Shown piece by piece: positions 19,548-28,788 of a stretch of DNA of 64,000 nucleotides. This DNA is from Gaiellaceae bacterium (lineage in GTDB: Bacteria; Actinomycetota; Thermoleophilia; Gaiellales; Gaiellaceae): assembly GCA_035310545.1 (NCBI GenBank), contig DATGEB010000037.1, positions 5,370 to 69,369 on the forward strand. The letters are read 5' to 3'. The notes beneath the pieces are model-generated. The model did not search any database and was not told the DNA's origin. It was given only the letters and a program-made list of their open reading frames with translations. Position 1 is the stretch's first letter. Each line of letters opens with the position of its first letter. Made by a program: the position numbers and the translations under genes.

Positions 19548-20857
19548 CTGCCGGCCTCCTGCCTGTTCGCGCGGTGCGAGATGAGCATCAGGCCCGCAAC
19601 GAGCAGGAAGTTCGCGACGACGCTCGACCCGCCGTACGAGACGAAGGGGAGCGTGATCCCCGTCAGCGGAATGACCCGCGTGATGCCGCCCACGATGACG
19701 AACGTCTGGAACGCGAAGCTGAAGCTGAGGCCGGCGGCGAGCAGTTTCGAGAAGCCGTCGCTCGCCGCCAGCGCGATCCGGAACCCGCGCAGCACGAACG
19801 CCATGTAGACGAGCAGCAGGGCCGCCGCGCCGATCAGGCCGAGCTCCTGTGCGAGCGCCGAGTAGATGAAGTCGGTGTTCAGGTCGGGGATCACCTGGCT
19901 TCCGGTCGTCCCCGTGAAGATGCCGTGCCCGAGCCCGGTGCCGCCGAAGCCGCCGTGCCCGATCGAGTAGAGCGACTGCACCTCCTGGTAGCTCTCGCAG
20001 TTCTGGCGCAGCATCATCTGCCCGTTGAACGGGCAGTAGACCGCGTGCGCCGACCAGGGTGAGAGCCAGTTCTCGACGCGCACCCGCACCTGCGGCGCAA
20101 ACCAGTGCTCGACGACGAACGAGCCGACGAGGAAGAGCCCGAGCGCGCCGGCGACGAAGGAGATCCGCGCCGTCGCGATGTAGAGCATCGCGAGGAAGAT
20201 CCCGTAGTAGAGGAGCGCGCTGCCGAGGTCGTCGGTGACGAAGAGGAGCAGCATCGCGCCGCCCCAGATCACGAGCAACGGCCCCCAGTCCTTCAGCCGG
20301 CCCTGCGCGAGCACCTCCCGCCTCTCGCGCAGGTACGCGGCGAGGAAGACGATGAGCGCGATCTTGCCCAGCTCGCCGGGCTGGAACTGGAGCGAGCCGA
20401 CGTGGATCCAGAGCCTCGCGCCGTTGATCGACTCTCCGATCACGGGCAGGCGTGGCAGGAAGAGGAGGAAGAGCGCCGTCACCCCGAAGAGGTACTTGTA
20501 CCGCTCGAGCACGCGGTAGTCCCTCCGCAGCCAGATCAGCGTCGCGGCGAACACGGCGACCCCGATCACGACCCAGAGCCCCTGCCGGAAGGCGCTGCCC
20601 GGACCAAGCCGGTAGATCTCCGTCACGCCGACCGCGCTCAGCAGGGCGGCGATCGGCAGCAGGTAGGGGTCGGCGAGGGGAACCGTGCGGCGGGCGACGA
20701 CGTGCGCGACGAGGTAGAGGCCGAAGAAGAAGGCGGCGTAGCCGAGCGAGCCGCCCGAGATCTGCGACTTGAGCGCGATGTAGACGGTGGCGAAGCCGAT
20801 CGCCGTCAGGACGCCGACCGTGAGGAGTGCGGCGAGCTCACGGTTGCGAAGAGTCAG
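19544..20857 (-). CDS. rodA: SEDS family peptidoglycan polymerase RodA/FtsW
   Basis: The track ORF starts at GTG 20626, but the frame stays open upstream and encodes the expected first TM (LTLRNRELAALLTVGVLTAIGFATVYIAL...). No in-frame ATG, GTG or TTG is available there. The best candidate is CTG 20857, overlapping the pstP stop (CTGA). The body of the gene is secure; the start is tentative. Confidence 0.8.
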   Translation of the reverse strand: MTLRNRELAALLTVGVLTAIGFATVYIALKSQISGGSLGYAAFFFGLYLVAHVVARRTVPLADPYLLPIAALLSAVGVTEIYRLGPGSAFRQGLWVVIGVAVFAATLIWLRRDYRVLERYKYLFGVTALFLLFLPRLPVIGESINGARLWIHVGSLQFQPGELGKIALIVFLAAYLRERREVLAQGRLKDWGPLLVIWGGAMLLLFVTDDLGSALLYYGIFLAMLYIATARISFVAGALGLFLVGSFVVEHWFAPQVRVRVENWLSPWSAHAVYCPFNGQMMLRQNCESYQEVQSLYSIGHGGFGGTGLGHGIFTGTTGSQVIPDLNTDFIYSALAQELGLIGAAALLLVYMAFVLRGFRIALAASDGFSKLLAAGLSFSFAFQTFVIVGGITRVIPLTGITLPFVSYGGSSVVANFLLVAGLMLISHRANRQEAGR

Positions 20858-21783
20858 CGCGAAAGCCCCCAGATGAGAAGTCCGGCAACGATCGCGAACA
20901 GGACGAGGCCGAGCAGCACGAGCCGGACGCGACGCGTGTCGGCCGCCGGAGGAGCAGTCGGAGTGGGCGCTTCAGGCTCCTGCACCTGCTCTTTCGTCGG
21001 CTCGTCGGGCTCGTCGCCATCCGCGGTGATCGCCGCCAGAGCGACGGTGTCGTCGAGGCTCGCCGACGGGTCGGCCGCGATCCGGAAGGCGACAGCGGTG
21101 ATGTTGTCCTCGCCGCCGCCGCGGTTCGCGGCTGCCACGAGTGACTTCACCGCCTTGTCGAGGTCGTCGCGGTGCGCGTGGACGAGCTCGAGGATCTCCT
21201 CGTCGGAGACCATGTCGGTGAGCCCGTCGGAGCAGAGCAGGAACACGTCGCCCTCCTCGGCCTCGATCGTGAAGCCGTCGACGTCGACGTCGGGATCTGT
21301 TCCCACCGCGCGCGTGATCACACTCCGCTGCGGATGCACCTGCGCCTCCTCCTCGGAGAGCCGGCCGCTCTTCAGCAGCTCGTTCACGAGCGAGTGGTCC
21401 TCGGTCAACTGCTCCATCTGGTCGCCGCGGACGAGGTAGCCGCGCGAGTCGCCGACGTGGCCGATCGCGACGGTCATCCCTTCGACGAGCGCGACCGTCA
21501 TCGTTGTTCCCATGCCCGAGGCCGTGGGATCGGTCGACGCGCGGTCGAAGATGCGGCGGTTCGCTTCCTGGATCAGCGCGTCGATCCGCTCGGGCCCCTG
21601 GAGCCCGTCGGAGTCGCCGCCTTCGAGCGCCGAGGCGGCGAGCTTCGACGCGACCTCGCCGGCCTGCGCGCCGCCCATCCCGTCGGCGACGGCGAAGAGC
21701 GGGGGCGCGACGACGTAGTTGTCCTCGTTGCGGCGTCGCCTGCGCCCGGTGTCGCTCGCGACCGCGTACGCGCCGACGGGCAC
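20854..21783 (-). CDS. pstP: PP2C Ser/Thr phosphatase
   Basis: 309 aa with RRRNEDN, ADGMGGAQAGEVAS and a C-terminal TM helix. Confidence 0.9.
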   Translation of the reverse strand: MPVGAYAVASDTGRRRRRNEDNYVVAPPLFAVADGMGGAQAGEVASKLAASALEGGDSDGLQGPERIDALIQEANRRIFDRASTDPTASGMGTTMTVALVEGMTVAIGHVGDSRGYLVRGDQMEQLTEDHSLVNELLKSGRLSEEEAQVHPQRSVITRAVGTDPDVDVDGFTIEAEEGDVFLLCSDGLTDMVSDEEILELVHAHRDDLDKAVKSLVAAANRGGGEDNITAVAFRIAADPSASLDDTVALAAITADGDEPDEPTKEQVQEPEAPTPTAPPAADTRRVRLVLLGLVLFAIVAGLLIWGLSR

Positions 21784-21786
21784 CTC

Positions 21787-22287
21787 TTAGTCCTCCTCGA
21801 TCAGAAGGTCGGTCTCGCCGACGCGCAGGATGTCACCCTCGACGAGAAGCTTCGCGCCGATCACGCGCGAGCCGTTGACGTAGGTGCCGTTCGTCGAGTC
21901 GAGGTCCTGCACCCACACGCCGTCCGGCCGCGCCTCGATCCGCGCGTGCCGGGCGGAGGCGAACTCGTCGCCGGTGAGGACGAGGTCGTTCTGGCCGCCG
22001 CGCCCGACGGTCACCGGAGCGGAGTTGAGCGGGAACTCGTCGCCCTCGTCGAGGCTCGGGCTGCGCTGGACGACGAGCCGTGCGGTCTTGCGGGGCCTCG
22101 CTCCCCGGCCGAGTCCGGCGGCCGCCGCCGCCGCGGGCGTGAGGATCATGCTGTCCTGGCTCGCCGCCGGCCGCTCGCGCCCTGCCGAGCGGATGACCCG
22201 GATCACGAACAGGTAGAGGAGGACGAGGAAGGCGATCTTGAGTGCGAGGAGCGCCTCCGCGACCGTCGTTGCGGCGACCAGGGTCAC
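21787..22287 (-). CDS. fhaB: FHA domain protein FhaB/FipA-like
   Basis: 166 aa with an N-terminal TM and an FHA domain (TVGRGGQNDLVL...ARHARI...DLDSTNGTYVNG). Confidence 0.85.
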   Translation of the reverse strand: MTLVAATTVAEALLALKIAFLVLLYLFVIRVIRSAGRERPAASQDSMILTPAAAAAAGLGRGARPRKTARLVVQRSPSLDEGDEFPLNSAPVTVGRGGQNDLVLTGDEFASARHARIEARPDGVWVQDLDSTNGTYVNGSRVIGAKLLVEGDILRVGETDLLIEED

Positions 22288-22296
22288 GGCGCAGTC

Positions 22297-23058
22297 CTAT
22301 TCCCGCTCGGTCGAGAACGTGACCGTCGTCTCGCCGATGGTGAACCGCGAGCCGTCGTCGAGCCGCATGCGCCGGACGCGGCGGCCGTCCACCTCCGTCC
22401 CGTTCGTCGAGCCGAGATCGATGAGCCAGTAGGCGGAGCCCTCCTGCACGATCTCCGCGTGGCGGCGCGAGACGTTCGGATCCTCGATCTGGACGTCGAC
22501 GTCGCGTGAGCGCCCGAGGACGGAGCGCTGGTTCTCGAGGACACGGCGCCGGCCGTTCCACTGGAGCACTGCAACCTCGCGCTCGACGCCGAGCTCCTCG
22601 AGTGACGCGGCCTCGGTCGGCTGCGTGCGCGGCTTGTAGATCATCGTCGCGCCCGGTGCGGTCGACTCGCCCCCTTCTTCGTCGCCGCGGCGCCCGTGCT
22701 GCGCCATGCGGGTCGCGATGCCGAACTCGCCGACACCGAGATCCTCGTCGGTCTCGAAAACGATGCGCGGCGGCGTCAGCAGCGCGTAGTTCTCGCGCGA
22801 CGCATGCTCGGAGAGGTACTCCTCGAGCTCGGAGACGAGGGAGTTCTCGTAGCCTTCGAACTGCTCGCGGTCGCCCGCGGAGAGATAGATGGTGTACTCG
22901 TTCGGGACGTAGACGTTCCGCACCGACGTCGAGCGGTGCTCGTCCATCTCCTTCGCGAGCTTCCGCGCAAGCTCGACCGGCTGGACGTTCGTGCGGAAAG
23001 CGCGGCCGAAGACGCCCTCGAAGACCCGCTCCAGCCTTTGTTCGATTCCGCGCAGCAC
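22297..23058 (-). CDS. fhaA: FhaA-like protein (DUF3662 plus FHA domain)
   Basis: Last 253 codons of track ORF 22297..24090. GTG 23058 gives VLRGIEQRLERVFEGVFGRAF... The C-terminal FHA reads LGRSRDVDVQIEDPNVSRRHAEI...DLGSTNGTEVDG. Confidence 0.85.
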   Translation of the reverse strand: MLRGIEQRLERVFEGVFGRAFRTNVQPVELARKLAKEMDEHRSTSVRNVYVPNEYTIYLSAGDREQFEGYENSLVSELEEYLSEHASRENYALLTPPRIVFETDEDLGVGEFGIATRMAQHGRRGDEEGGESTAPGATMIYKPRTQPTEAASLEELGVEREVAVLQWNGRRRVLENQRSVLGRSRDVDVQIEDPNVSRRHAEIVQEGSAYWLIDLGSTNGTEVDGRRVRRMRLDDGSRFTIGETTVTFSTERE

Positions 23059-24680
23059 TAGCTCGCGGCTGAGGGTACCCCCAGCACAGGCGCGCGAAGC
23101 GCCGTGACCGCCGCGATCGCCCATGACGCGACGAGCAGCGGCACGGCGGCGGCGCTCGGGACGGCAGCCACGGTGAGGACGATCATCCCTGCGCCGAGCC
23201 CGGCAGCCGCCCAGCGGCCCCGGGCGCGAGCGTGCGGGAGGGCGACCGCGACGAGCGCGAGCGCGCACGCTTCCAGCAGGAGCGCCGGGTGGTCGACGGC
23301 TGCCCGCGCGAGCGAGCCGGCGACGTCGAAGGGATCGCGGGCCTGCGCGATGCCGAGCCCGAGCGGCGCCGGACCGCCGACGAGGGGCAGCGAGGCGTGG
23401 CGGATTCCGGCCGCGAGCGCCGCCGTCAGCACGCCGAGCAGCACGACGATCGCGCGGAGCGGCGCCGCGCGAACCTTCGCCGTGGCGAGGGGGAGGAGGC
23501 CGAGCGCGGCGATCGGCGCGAGCAGCGGGCCGAGGACGAAGAGCAGCGCGGCGCGCGGCTCTCGCCGGGTGACGAGCATCCACCCCGCGGCGAGAGCGGT
23601 ATAGAGAAGCGCGAGCCCGAGCGAGATGTTCCCGAGCGGGAGCACGGGCACGGCGAGTGCGAGCGCGATCCCGGAGCGACCGCGGAGGTAGGTCAGTCCG
23701 CCCGCGATGGCGGCCAGAGCGAACGCCCAGCCGTGCGGATAGAACGGAAGCGCCGCGGCGGTCCAGCCGGCGAGAAGTGCAGCCAGGACCGCGGTGATCG
23801 CGCGTCCGGCCTCGAACCGCGTCGGCAGCGAGAACGCCGGCCGCGGAGTCGCCGTGAGCGAGGCAGCCCCGCGCAGCGCATCGGCGAGATCCCTCGCCGT
23901 CGGACGCCGGGCCGGGTTCGTTGCGAGCGAGCTGTCGACGACGCGCAGGACCCGCTTCGGGAGGTCGGGGCGAGTCTCGCCCAGCGGCCGCGCGCCCGCT
24001 TCGATCGCGCGTGCCGTCTCGAGCATCGAGCCACGCCAGAACGGATGCCGTCCCGCGAGCGCCTCCCACAGCATCACGCCGACCGCCCACACGTCGGCCG
24101 CGGGCGTCGCCTCGTCCCCGGTCAGCCGCTCGGGTGAGATGTAGGCGAGCGTTCCGGGGACGTCGCCGGCCTCGGTCAGCGTCTCGGCCTCGGCCATCTG
24201 CGCGAGGCCGAAGTCGAGCACGCGCGCCGCGACGCGGTCGCCGTCAGTGAGGAGGACGTTCGACGGCTTGATGTCCCGGTGGAGGATCCCGGCGGCGTGA
24301 GCGTGGGCGAGGCCGTCGCACACCTGCGCGCACGCCTCGATCGCCGAGTCCTCGTCGAGGCCGCCCTCGCGCAGCGCCTCGCGGAAGGTGCGCCCGGGGA
24401 CGTATTCGTACGCGATGTAGACGTGCCGCGAGTCGCGCCCGAATCCGTAGGCCCGCAGGCAGGTGGGATGGCGGAGATGCGCGGCGGTTTTCGCCTCTCG
24501 TTCGGCGCGCGCGGCCGACTTGCCCTCCCGGGCGACGATCTTGAGCGCGACGTCCAGGCCCGTCTTCTCGTCACGGGAGAGCCATACCGAGCCGGAGCCG
24601 CCGCTGCCCAGCGGGCGCAGCGGTCGGTAGCGGTTGAGAACGAGCTCGGGTGTGCCGAGCGCTGGGGCGGCCTCTCCCAT
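23058..24680 (-). CDS. Ser/Thr protein kinase with a polytopic C-terminal membrane domain
   Basis: Starts at ATG 24680 (MGEAAPALGTPELVLNRYRPLRPLGSGGSG...). Contains HRDIKPSNVLL and DFGLAQ, then about 260 aa of Ala/Leu-rich TM helices. The N-terminal 436 aa of track ORF 23058..25988 are shadow. Confidence 0.85.
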   Translation of the reverse strand: MGEAAPALGTPELVLNRYRPLRPLGSGGSGSVWLSRDEKTGLDVALKIVAREGKSAARAEREAKTAAHLRHPTCLRAYGFGRDSRHVYIAYEYVPGRTFREALREGGLDEDSAIEACAQVCDGLAHAHAAGILHRDIKPSNVLLTDGDRVAARVLDFGLAQMAEAETLTEAGDVPGTLAYISPERLTGDEATPAADVWAVGVMLWEALAGRHPFWRGSMLETARAIEAGARPLGETRPDLPKRVLRVVDSSLATNPARRPTARDLADALRGAASLTATPRPAFSLPTRFEAGRAITAVLAALLAGWTAAALPFYPHGWAFALAAIAGGLTYLRGRSGIALALAVPVLPLGNISLGLALLYTALAAGWMLVTRREPRAALLFVLGPLLAPIAALGLLPLATAKVRAAPLRAIVVLLGVLTAALAAGIRHASLPLVGGPAPLGLGIAQARDPFDVAGSLARAAVDHPALLLEACALALVAVALPHARARGRWAAAGLGAGMIVLTVAAVPSAAAVPLLVASWAIAAVTALRAPVLGVPSAAS

Positions 24681-24743
24681 GCCTAGCGGAGATTGGCGAC
24701 CGCGCCGGACTGTCCTCCCCGACGCGGTTAGGCTTGCCACCCA

Positions 24744-25901
24744 GTGAGTACCTTCGACGACGGATCGGAGCTCGAGTTCTTCGAGGAGCCGGAGACGCTC
24801 GAGGCCCCCGGCCGGCCGCGCCGCCGGCTCAGGCCGCCCCGCCCGGGCGGGCCTCGGCGCCCGTCCCCGCCGCCTCCCGGAGCCGTGGCACTCGCGAGGC
24901 TTGCCGGGTTCGTTGCGATCGCGATCGCGATCGTGATCGGCTTCGTGTTCTGGGTCGGCTCGTGCGGGGGGCCGAGCAAGCACGACGAGTACTCCTCGTA
25001 CATGAAAGACCTCGCGCCGCTCGCGCAGAGCTCGGCCGCGACCGGCACCTCGTTCGCGAACGTGCTCAGCTCCAGGAAGCTGACCCTCACGGGCCTCGAG
25101 TCCAAGCTCCAGCAGTGGTCGCGGCAGCAGCAGCAGGACTACGACGACGCGCTCCAGCTCCGGCCCCCCGGCCCGCTCCAGGCGGTTCACCAGGCGGCGC
25201 TCGCGACCTTCCAGCTGCGCGCGATCGGGATGACCGGCCTGGCCGACGCCCTGGCCCGGTCGGGCACGAAGCCGGCGTCCGACGTTGCCGCCTCGCTCGC
25301 CACGCAGGCGCAGATCCTCAGCGCGAGCGACGTCGTCTGGAGCAACCTCTTCCACCTGCAGGCGACCGAGACGCTGACGCGGCTCGGCATCCGCGGAGTG
25401 ATCCCGCCTCCGTCGCAGATCATCGCGAACCCCGAGGTGATCACCTCCAACTCGCTCGCGCTCGTGCTCGGGCGCCTGAGATCCACGAGCACCGGCGGGA
25501 GGGTGACCGGGCTGCACGGAAGCGCGCTCGTGAGCACCGAGGCGGTCTCCGGCACGAGCACGAAACAGCTCTCGACGACCGGCTCGACGACCGTCAACGA
25601 GTCGGCCAACCTCGCCTTCAAGGTCACGTTCACCGACGCGGGGGACTATCAGGAGACGAAGATCCCCGTGACGCTCACGGTGACCGTCTTCGGCAAGCCG
25701 GTGCTGACGAAGACCCAGACCGTCAATTCCATTGCGCCGAAGCAGACGACCTCGGTCTCTTTCGGGAACCTCCAGCTGCCCAACTCGGCGTTCGGTGCGC
25801 AGGCCCAAATCAAGGTGCAGATCGGCAAGGTGCCCGGCGAGCAGAACCTCGCCAACAACGGTGCCTCGTACCCCGTCTTCTTCAGCCTTTCCCGCGGGTA
25901 G
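24744..25901 (+). CDS. membrane-anchored protein with acidic/Pro-Arg-rich N-terminus and Ig-like (CARDB-like) C-terminus
   Basis: 385 aa with one TM (LAGFVAIAIAIVIGFVFWV). The C-terminal beta-rich region reads VTFTDAGDYQETKIPVTLTVTVFGK...VQIGKVPGEQNLANNG. Divergent from the kinase gene. Confidence 0.65.
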   Translation: MSTFDDGSELEFFEEPETLEAPGRPRRRLRPPRPGGPRRPSPPPPGAVALARLAGFVAIAIAIVIGFVFWVGSCGGPSKHDEYSSYMKDLAPLAQSSAATGTSFANVLSSRKLTLTGLESKLQQWSRQQQQDYDDALQLRPPGPLQAVHQAALATFQLRAIGMTGLADALARSGTKPASDVAASLATQAQILSASDVVWSNLFHLQATETLTRLGIRGVIPPPSQIIANPEVITSNSLALVLGRLRSTSTGGRVTGLHGSALVSTEAVSGTSTKQLSTTGSTTVNESANLAFKVTFTDAGDYQETKIPVTLTVTVFGKPVLTKTQTVNSIAPKQTTSVSFGNLQLPNSAFGAQAQIKVQIGKVPGEQNLANNGASYPVFFSLSRG

Positions 25902-25904
25902 CCG

Positions 25905-26387
25905 TTGAGCTCGTCGGTCGCAGGAGTGATCGCGATCGCAGCTGCGGCTATCGCGATCGTCGGCATCGCGGTCGCGGCGGCGCTCCACGTGCGTCTGCGC
26001 AGGGTCCGCAACGCGCAGGCCACGCTACTCGGGAACGGCGGCAGCGATCTCGTCGACTTCGCCGTCTCTCTCCAGGGCCGGATCGACGGGCTTCACGGCA
26101 CCGTCGACGAGGTTGCGGCCGCGCTTTCGCGACTCGAGCGCCGGGTCGACTCGACGGTCTCGCGCATCGCGGTCGTCCGCTACGACGCGTACGAGAACAC
26201 GGGCGGCCATCAGTCCGCGTCGGTCGCGCTGCTCGACAACTCCCGCAGCGGCGTCGTCCTGAGCGCCATCCAGGGGCGGGACTACGCGCGGATCTACGTC
26301 AAGGAACTGGACGACGGGCGGGCCGCGGTCGCCCTCTCGCCGGAGGAGCAGGAGGCCGTCGATCGCGCGATGAAGCCGGCGCAGTAG
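25905..26387 (+). CDS. DUF4446 family membrane protein
   Basis: 160 aa with an N-terminal TM, then VVRYDAYENTGGHQSASVALLD...GVVLSAI. Confidence 0.75.
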   Translation: MSSSVAGVIAIAAAAIAIVGIAVAAALHVRLRRVRNAQATLLGNGGSDLVDFAVSLQGRIDGLHGTVDEVAAALSRLERRVDSTVSRIAVVRYDAYENTGGHQSASVALLDNSRSGVVLSAIQGRDYARIYVKELDDGRAAVALSPEEQEAVDRAMKPAQ

Positions 26388-26418
26388 CCGCTTCGGGCAC
26401 TGCTACTTTTCGCGCAGG

Positions 26419-26922
26419 TTGCAGCACGTTCTTGTTTTGAATGCAAGCTACGAGCCGCTCAACGTCTGCACGGTGCGGCGTGCCCACGTGCTCGTGTTCA
26501 AGGGGAAGGCCGAGGTCGTCGAGCGGCTCGACAAGCCGCTGCGCTCGTCGACCGGCAGCTTCATCTGGCCGCATGTGATCCGGCTGCTCCACTACGTGCG
26601 CGTGCCGCGCGCGATCCAACGCAAGATCTCCCGCCGGGCACTCTTCGCGCGCGACGGCTGGCGCTGCGCGTACTGCGGGACGACGAACGGTCGGCTCACG
26701 CTCGACCACATCGTCCCGCGGTCGAAGGGCGGCGAGTCGATCTGGGAGAACGTCGTCACCGCCTGCGCGCCGTGCAACCTGCGCAAGGGCGACCGGACGG
26801 TCGAGCAGGCCGGGATGGTGCTGCACGCCTCGCCGCGCGCCCCGACGCCGACGCTGTTCATCAAGCTCGCAGCGCCGCGGATCCCGTCCGGCTGGACGCC
26901 GTACCTGCCCGCTACTGCTTAG
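26419..26922 (+). CDS. HNH endonuclease
   Basis: 167 aa with CAYCG...LDHIVPRSKGGESIWENVVTACAPCNLRK. Confidence 0.85.
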   Translation: MQHVLVLNASYEPLNVCTVRRAHVLVFKGKAEVVERLDKPLRSSTGSFIWPHVIRLLHYVRVPRAIQRKISRRALFARDGWRCAYCGTTNGRLTLDHIVPRSKGGESIWENVVTACAPCNLRKGDRTVEQAGMVLHASPRAPTPTLFIKLAAPRIPSGWTPYLPATA

Positions 26923-27692
26923 CGGTACCTCGCCGGCACCGGGCAGCCCTTGGGGAAAACGATCCCGAGATGTTCGGGGAGCGGGATCATGGCCGTTGAT
27001 CTTCTCCAGAGGAAGCTGAACCGGACGGGGACGTCGAATAGTGTGAGCGCCGAACCCTTCCCCATGCCGGAATGGCATGCGAAGACGCCCCTGAACACGA
27101 GGTAGACACGCTCACCGGGCTTCAAGTGGAAGGGATGGAAGCGCCCGGCCGCTCTGTAAACGCCCGTGTAGTTCAGCCGGGACATCAGTACGTGAGCCGT
27201 CCACGGGAGATAGGACTCGTACGGAACGCCGAGCACTCGCACGGTGAACCGCCCGGCGTTTCTGATCTCCATGCCGTATACGAACGGGCGGCCTTGGTGA
27301 AAGTCGACCGACTGACCGTCGATCCCCGGCGCTCCCTTTGCGCCTGCCGGGAACTGGTAGCCGTTGCCGAACGCGATCGGCTGGTAGCTGTCGATCCACA
27401 CGACGGCGCCGATCGCGAGACCGGTCACCGTGAGAACGAGTACCAAGAGGATCAGGTTGCGAGGGCGCCGGGCTCGGAGGAAGGCGATCGGCCCGCGGCG
27501 GCGCTCGAGGTGTGCCGCCGCACGCAGATCGGCGGCGTACCGCGGCGGCGTTCCCAGCCGCTCATCGAACCTCGTGTCGGCGGGAAGCTCGGCGAGATGA
27601 GCGTGGAGCTCAGCGGTGAGGTCGCGGCGCTGGCGCCAGGGCAGGTCGCGTAGCGCGGAGTCGACCTCGCGGACGTACTCGTCGGCGTTCAT
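26919..27692 (-). CDS. HAAS/DUF1700-like membrane sensor protein partnered with PadR
   Basis: 257 aa with N-terminus MNADEYVREVDSALRDLPWRQRRDLTAELHAHL, one TM and an extracytoplasmic domain. 4-nt overlap with padR. Confidence 0.65.
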   Translation of the reverse strand: MNADEYVREVDSALRDLPWRQRRDLTAELHAHLAELPADTRFDERLGTPPRYAADLRAAAHLERRRGPIAFLRARRPRNLILLVLVLTVTGLAIGAVVWIDSYQPIAFGNGYQFPAGAKGAPGIDGQSVDFHQGRPFVYGMEIRNAGRFTVRVLGVPYESYLPWTAHVLMSRLNYTGVYRAAGRFHPFHLKPGERVYLVFRGVFACHSGMGKGSALTLFDVPVRFSFLWRRSTAMIPLPEHLGIVFPKGCPVPARYR

Positions 27693-28006
27693 TGCTTCAC
27701 CAAACCTCCGAGTGCGCCGCTGATTCGCGTCCAGGTCTCGGTGCCGGCGCTCAACTGCTCGAGACCGGCGGGCGTTACGGCGTAGTACTTCCGCGCCGGC
27801 CCGCTGTCGGAGGGCTCGAGCCGGGAGCTGAGGTGCTCTGCTTGCTCGAGTCGGCGCAGCGTGCCGTACACCGACGCGTCGCCGACGCCGTCGAGGCCTG
27901 CGCCTTCGAGCGTCGACAGGATCTCGTAGCCGTACGTCTCGCCTTTGGAGATCACTGCCAGCACTGCCAGCTCGAGCACGCCTTTGAGGAGTTGAGCCTG
28001 ATCCAC
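27689..28006 (-). CDS. PadR family transcriptional regulator
   Basis: 105 aa with LELAVLAVISKGETYGYEI...SVYGTLRRLE...KYYAVTPAG. Confidence 0.9.
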   Translation of the reverse strand: MDQAQLLKGVLELAVLAVISKGETYGYEILSTLEGAGLDGVGDASVYGTLRRLEQAEHLSSRLEPSDSGPARKYYAVTPAGLEQLSAGTETWTRISGALGGLVKQ

Positions 28007-28010
28007 ACTA

Positions 28011-28023
28011 GTCTGCTATGCAG
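28011..28023. promoter_or_regulatory. 13-bp palindrome TCTGCTATGCAGA, candidate PadR operator
   Basis: Lies 5 nt upstream of the padR start, in the AT-rich divergent region between padR and the SIMPL gene. Confidence 0.3.
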
Positions 28024-28075
28024 AGTACAACGGATTGAAGTGTGACACGAGAGAGGGTCGCGCCGTATCTCGGGC

Positions 28076-28786
28076 ATGAACAGACTCCGCACGATCCTCC
28101 TCATTGCCGGCGTGCTCCTCGCCGCGGCCGCTATCGCCGGCGTCGCACAACCTCGCCTCGGCCGCGGCGCAACGCCTTCGCCCGGCACCGAGATCACCGT
28201 GACCGGTAACGGCACGGTCGACGCGACACCCGACCAGGCCTCCTTCGACTTCGGCGTGACGACTCGGGGCGCCACGGCCGCCGAGGCGCTGAGCCGGAAC
28301 AACTCGGAGTCCCAGCGCATCATCGACTCGCTGAAGAGCGCCGGCATCGACTCCCCGAAGATCCAGACCACCCAGGTCTCGCTCTGGCCGCAGACCTCGA
28401 GCAACGGGAACACGATCGTCGGCTACCAGGCGTCGAACTCGGTGAACGTCACGGCGGCGCTCGACCGCTCGGGCGTACTCGTGGACGCCGCGGTCGGTGC
28501 GGGCGCGAACAACGTCGACGGGCCGAACCTCGACACGGCGGACAAGTCCTCCCTCTACGGCGACGCGCTGCAGAAGGCCATCGCGGATGCGAAGCAGAAG
28601 GCGCAGGCGATCGCGGCCGGCGCGGGCCTGACTCTCGGAAATCTCGAGAAGGTCAGCGAGGGCGGCAACTCGACGCCGCCGGTGCCGATGTTCGCGGCGG
28701 ACAAAGCCGCAGCCGGTTCCGTCCCGATCGAGGCCGGCACCCAGCAGATCCAGGCGTCGGTGACGGTGACGTACGCGGCGAGCTGA
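28076..28786 (+). CDS. SIMPL domain (DUF541/BP26-like) secreted protein
   Basis: 236 aa with a signal peptide, then ITVTGNGTVDATPDQASFDFGV...IQASVTVTY. Confidence 0.85.
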   Translation: MNRLRTILLIAGVLLAAAAIAGVAQPRLGRGATPSPGTEITVTGNGTVDATPDQASFDFGVTTRGATAAEALSRNNSESQRIIDSLKSAGIDSPKIQTTQVSLWPQTSSNGNTIVGYQASNSVNVTAALDRSGVLVDAAVGAGANNVDGPNLDTADKSSLYGDALQKAIADAKQKAQAIAAGAGLTLGNLEKVSEGGNSTPPVPMFAADKAAAGSVPIEAGTQQIQASVTVTYAAS

Positions 28787-28788
28787 AG

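Noticed and set aside
23058-25988. Very long N-terminal extensions of track ORFs (23058..25988, 22297..24090, 15018..16964, 29958..31616, 33290..34975, 47606..48817, 36807..39779)
   Set aside because: The extensions are Arg/Ala/Pro/Gly-rich, overlap better-supported neighbouring genes, and each true protein has a sensible internal start, often in a GTGA or ATGA overlap. I trimmed the starts accordingly.
26419-26922. HNH endonuclease as a sign of a mobile element, homing cassette or restriction/defence system
   Set aside because: There is no adjacent methyltransferase, intron or intein context, integrase, repeats or compositional shift. Flanking genes look like core genes, so it appears to be the stand-alone HNH protein seen in many Actinobacteria.
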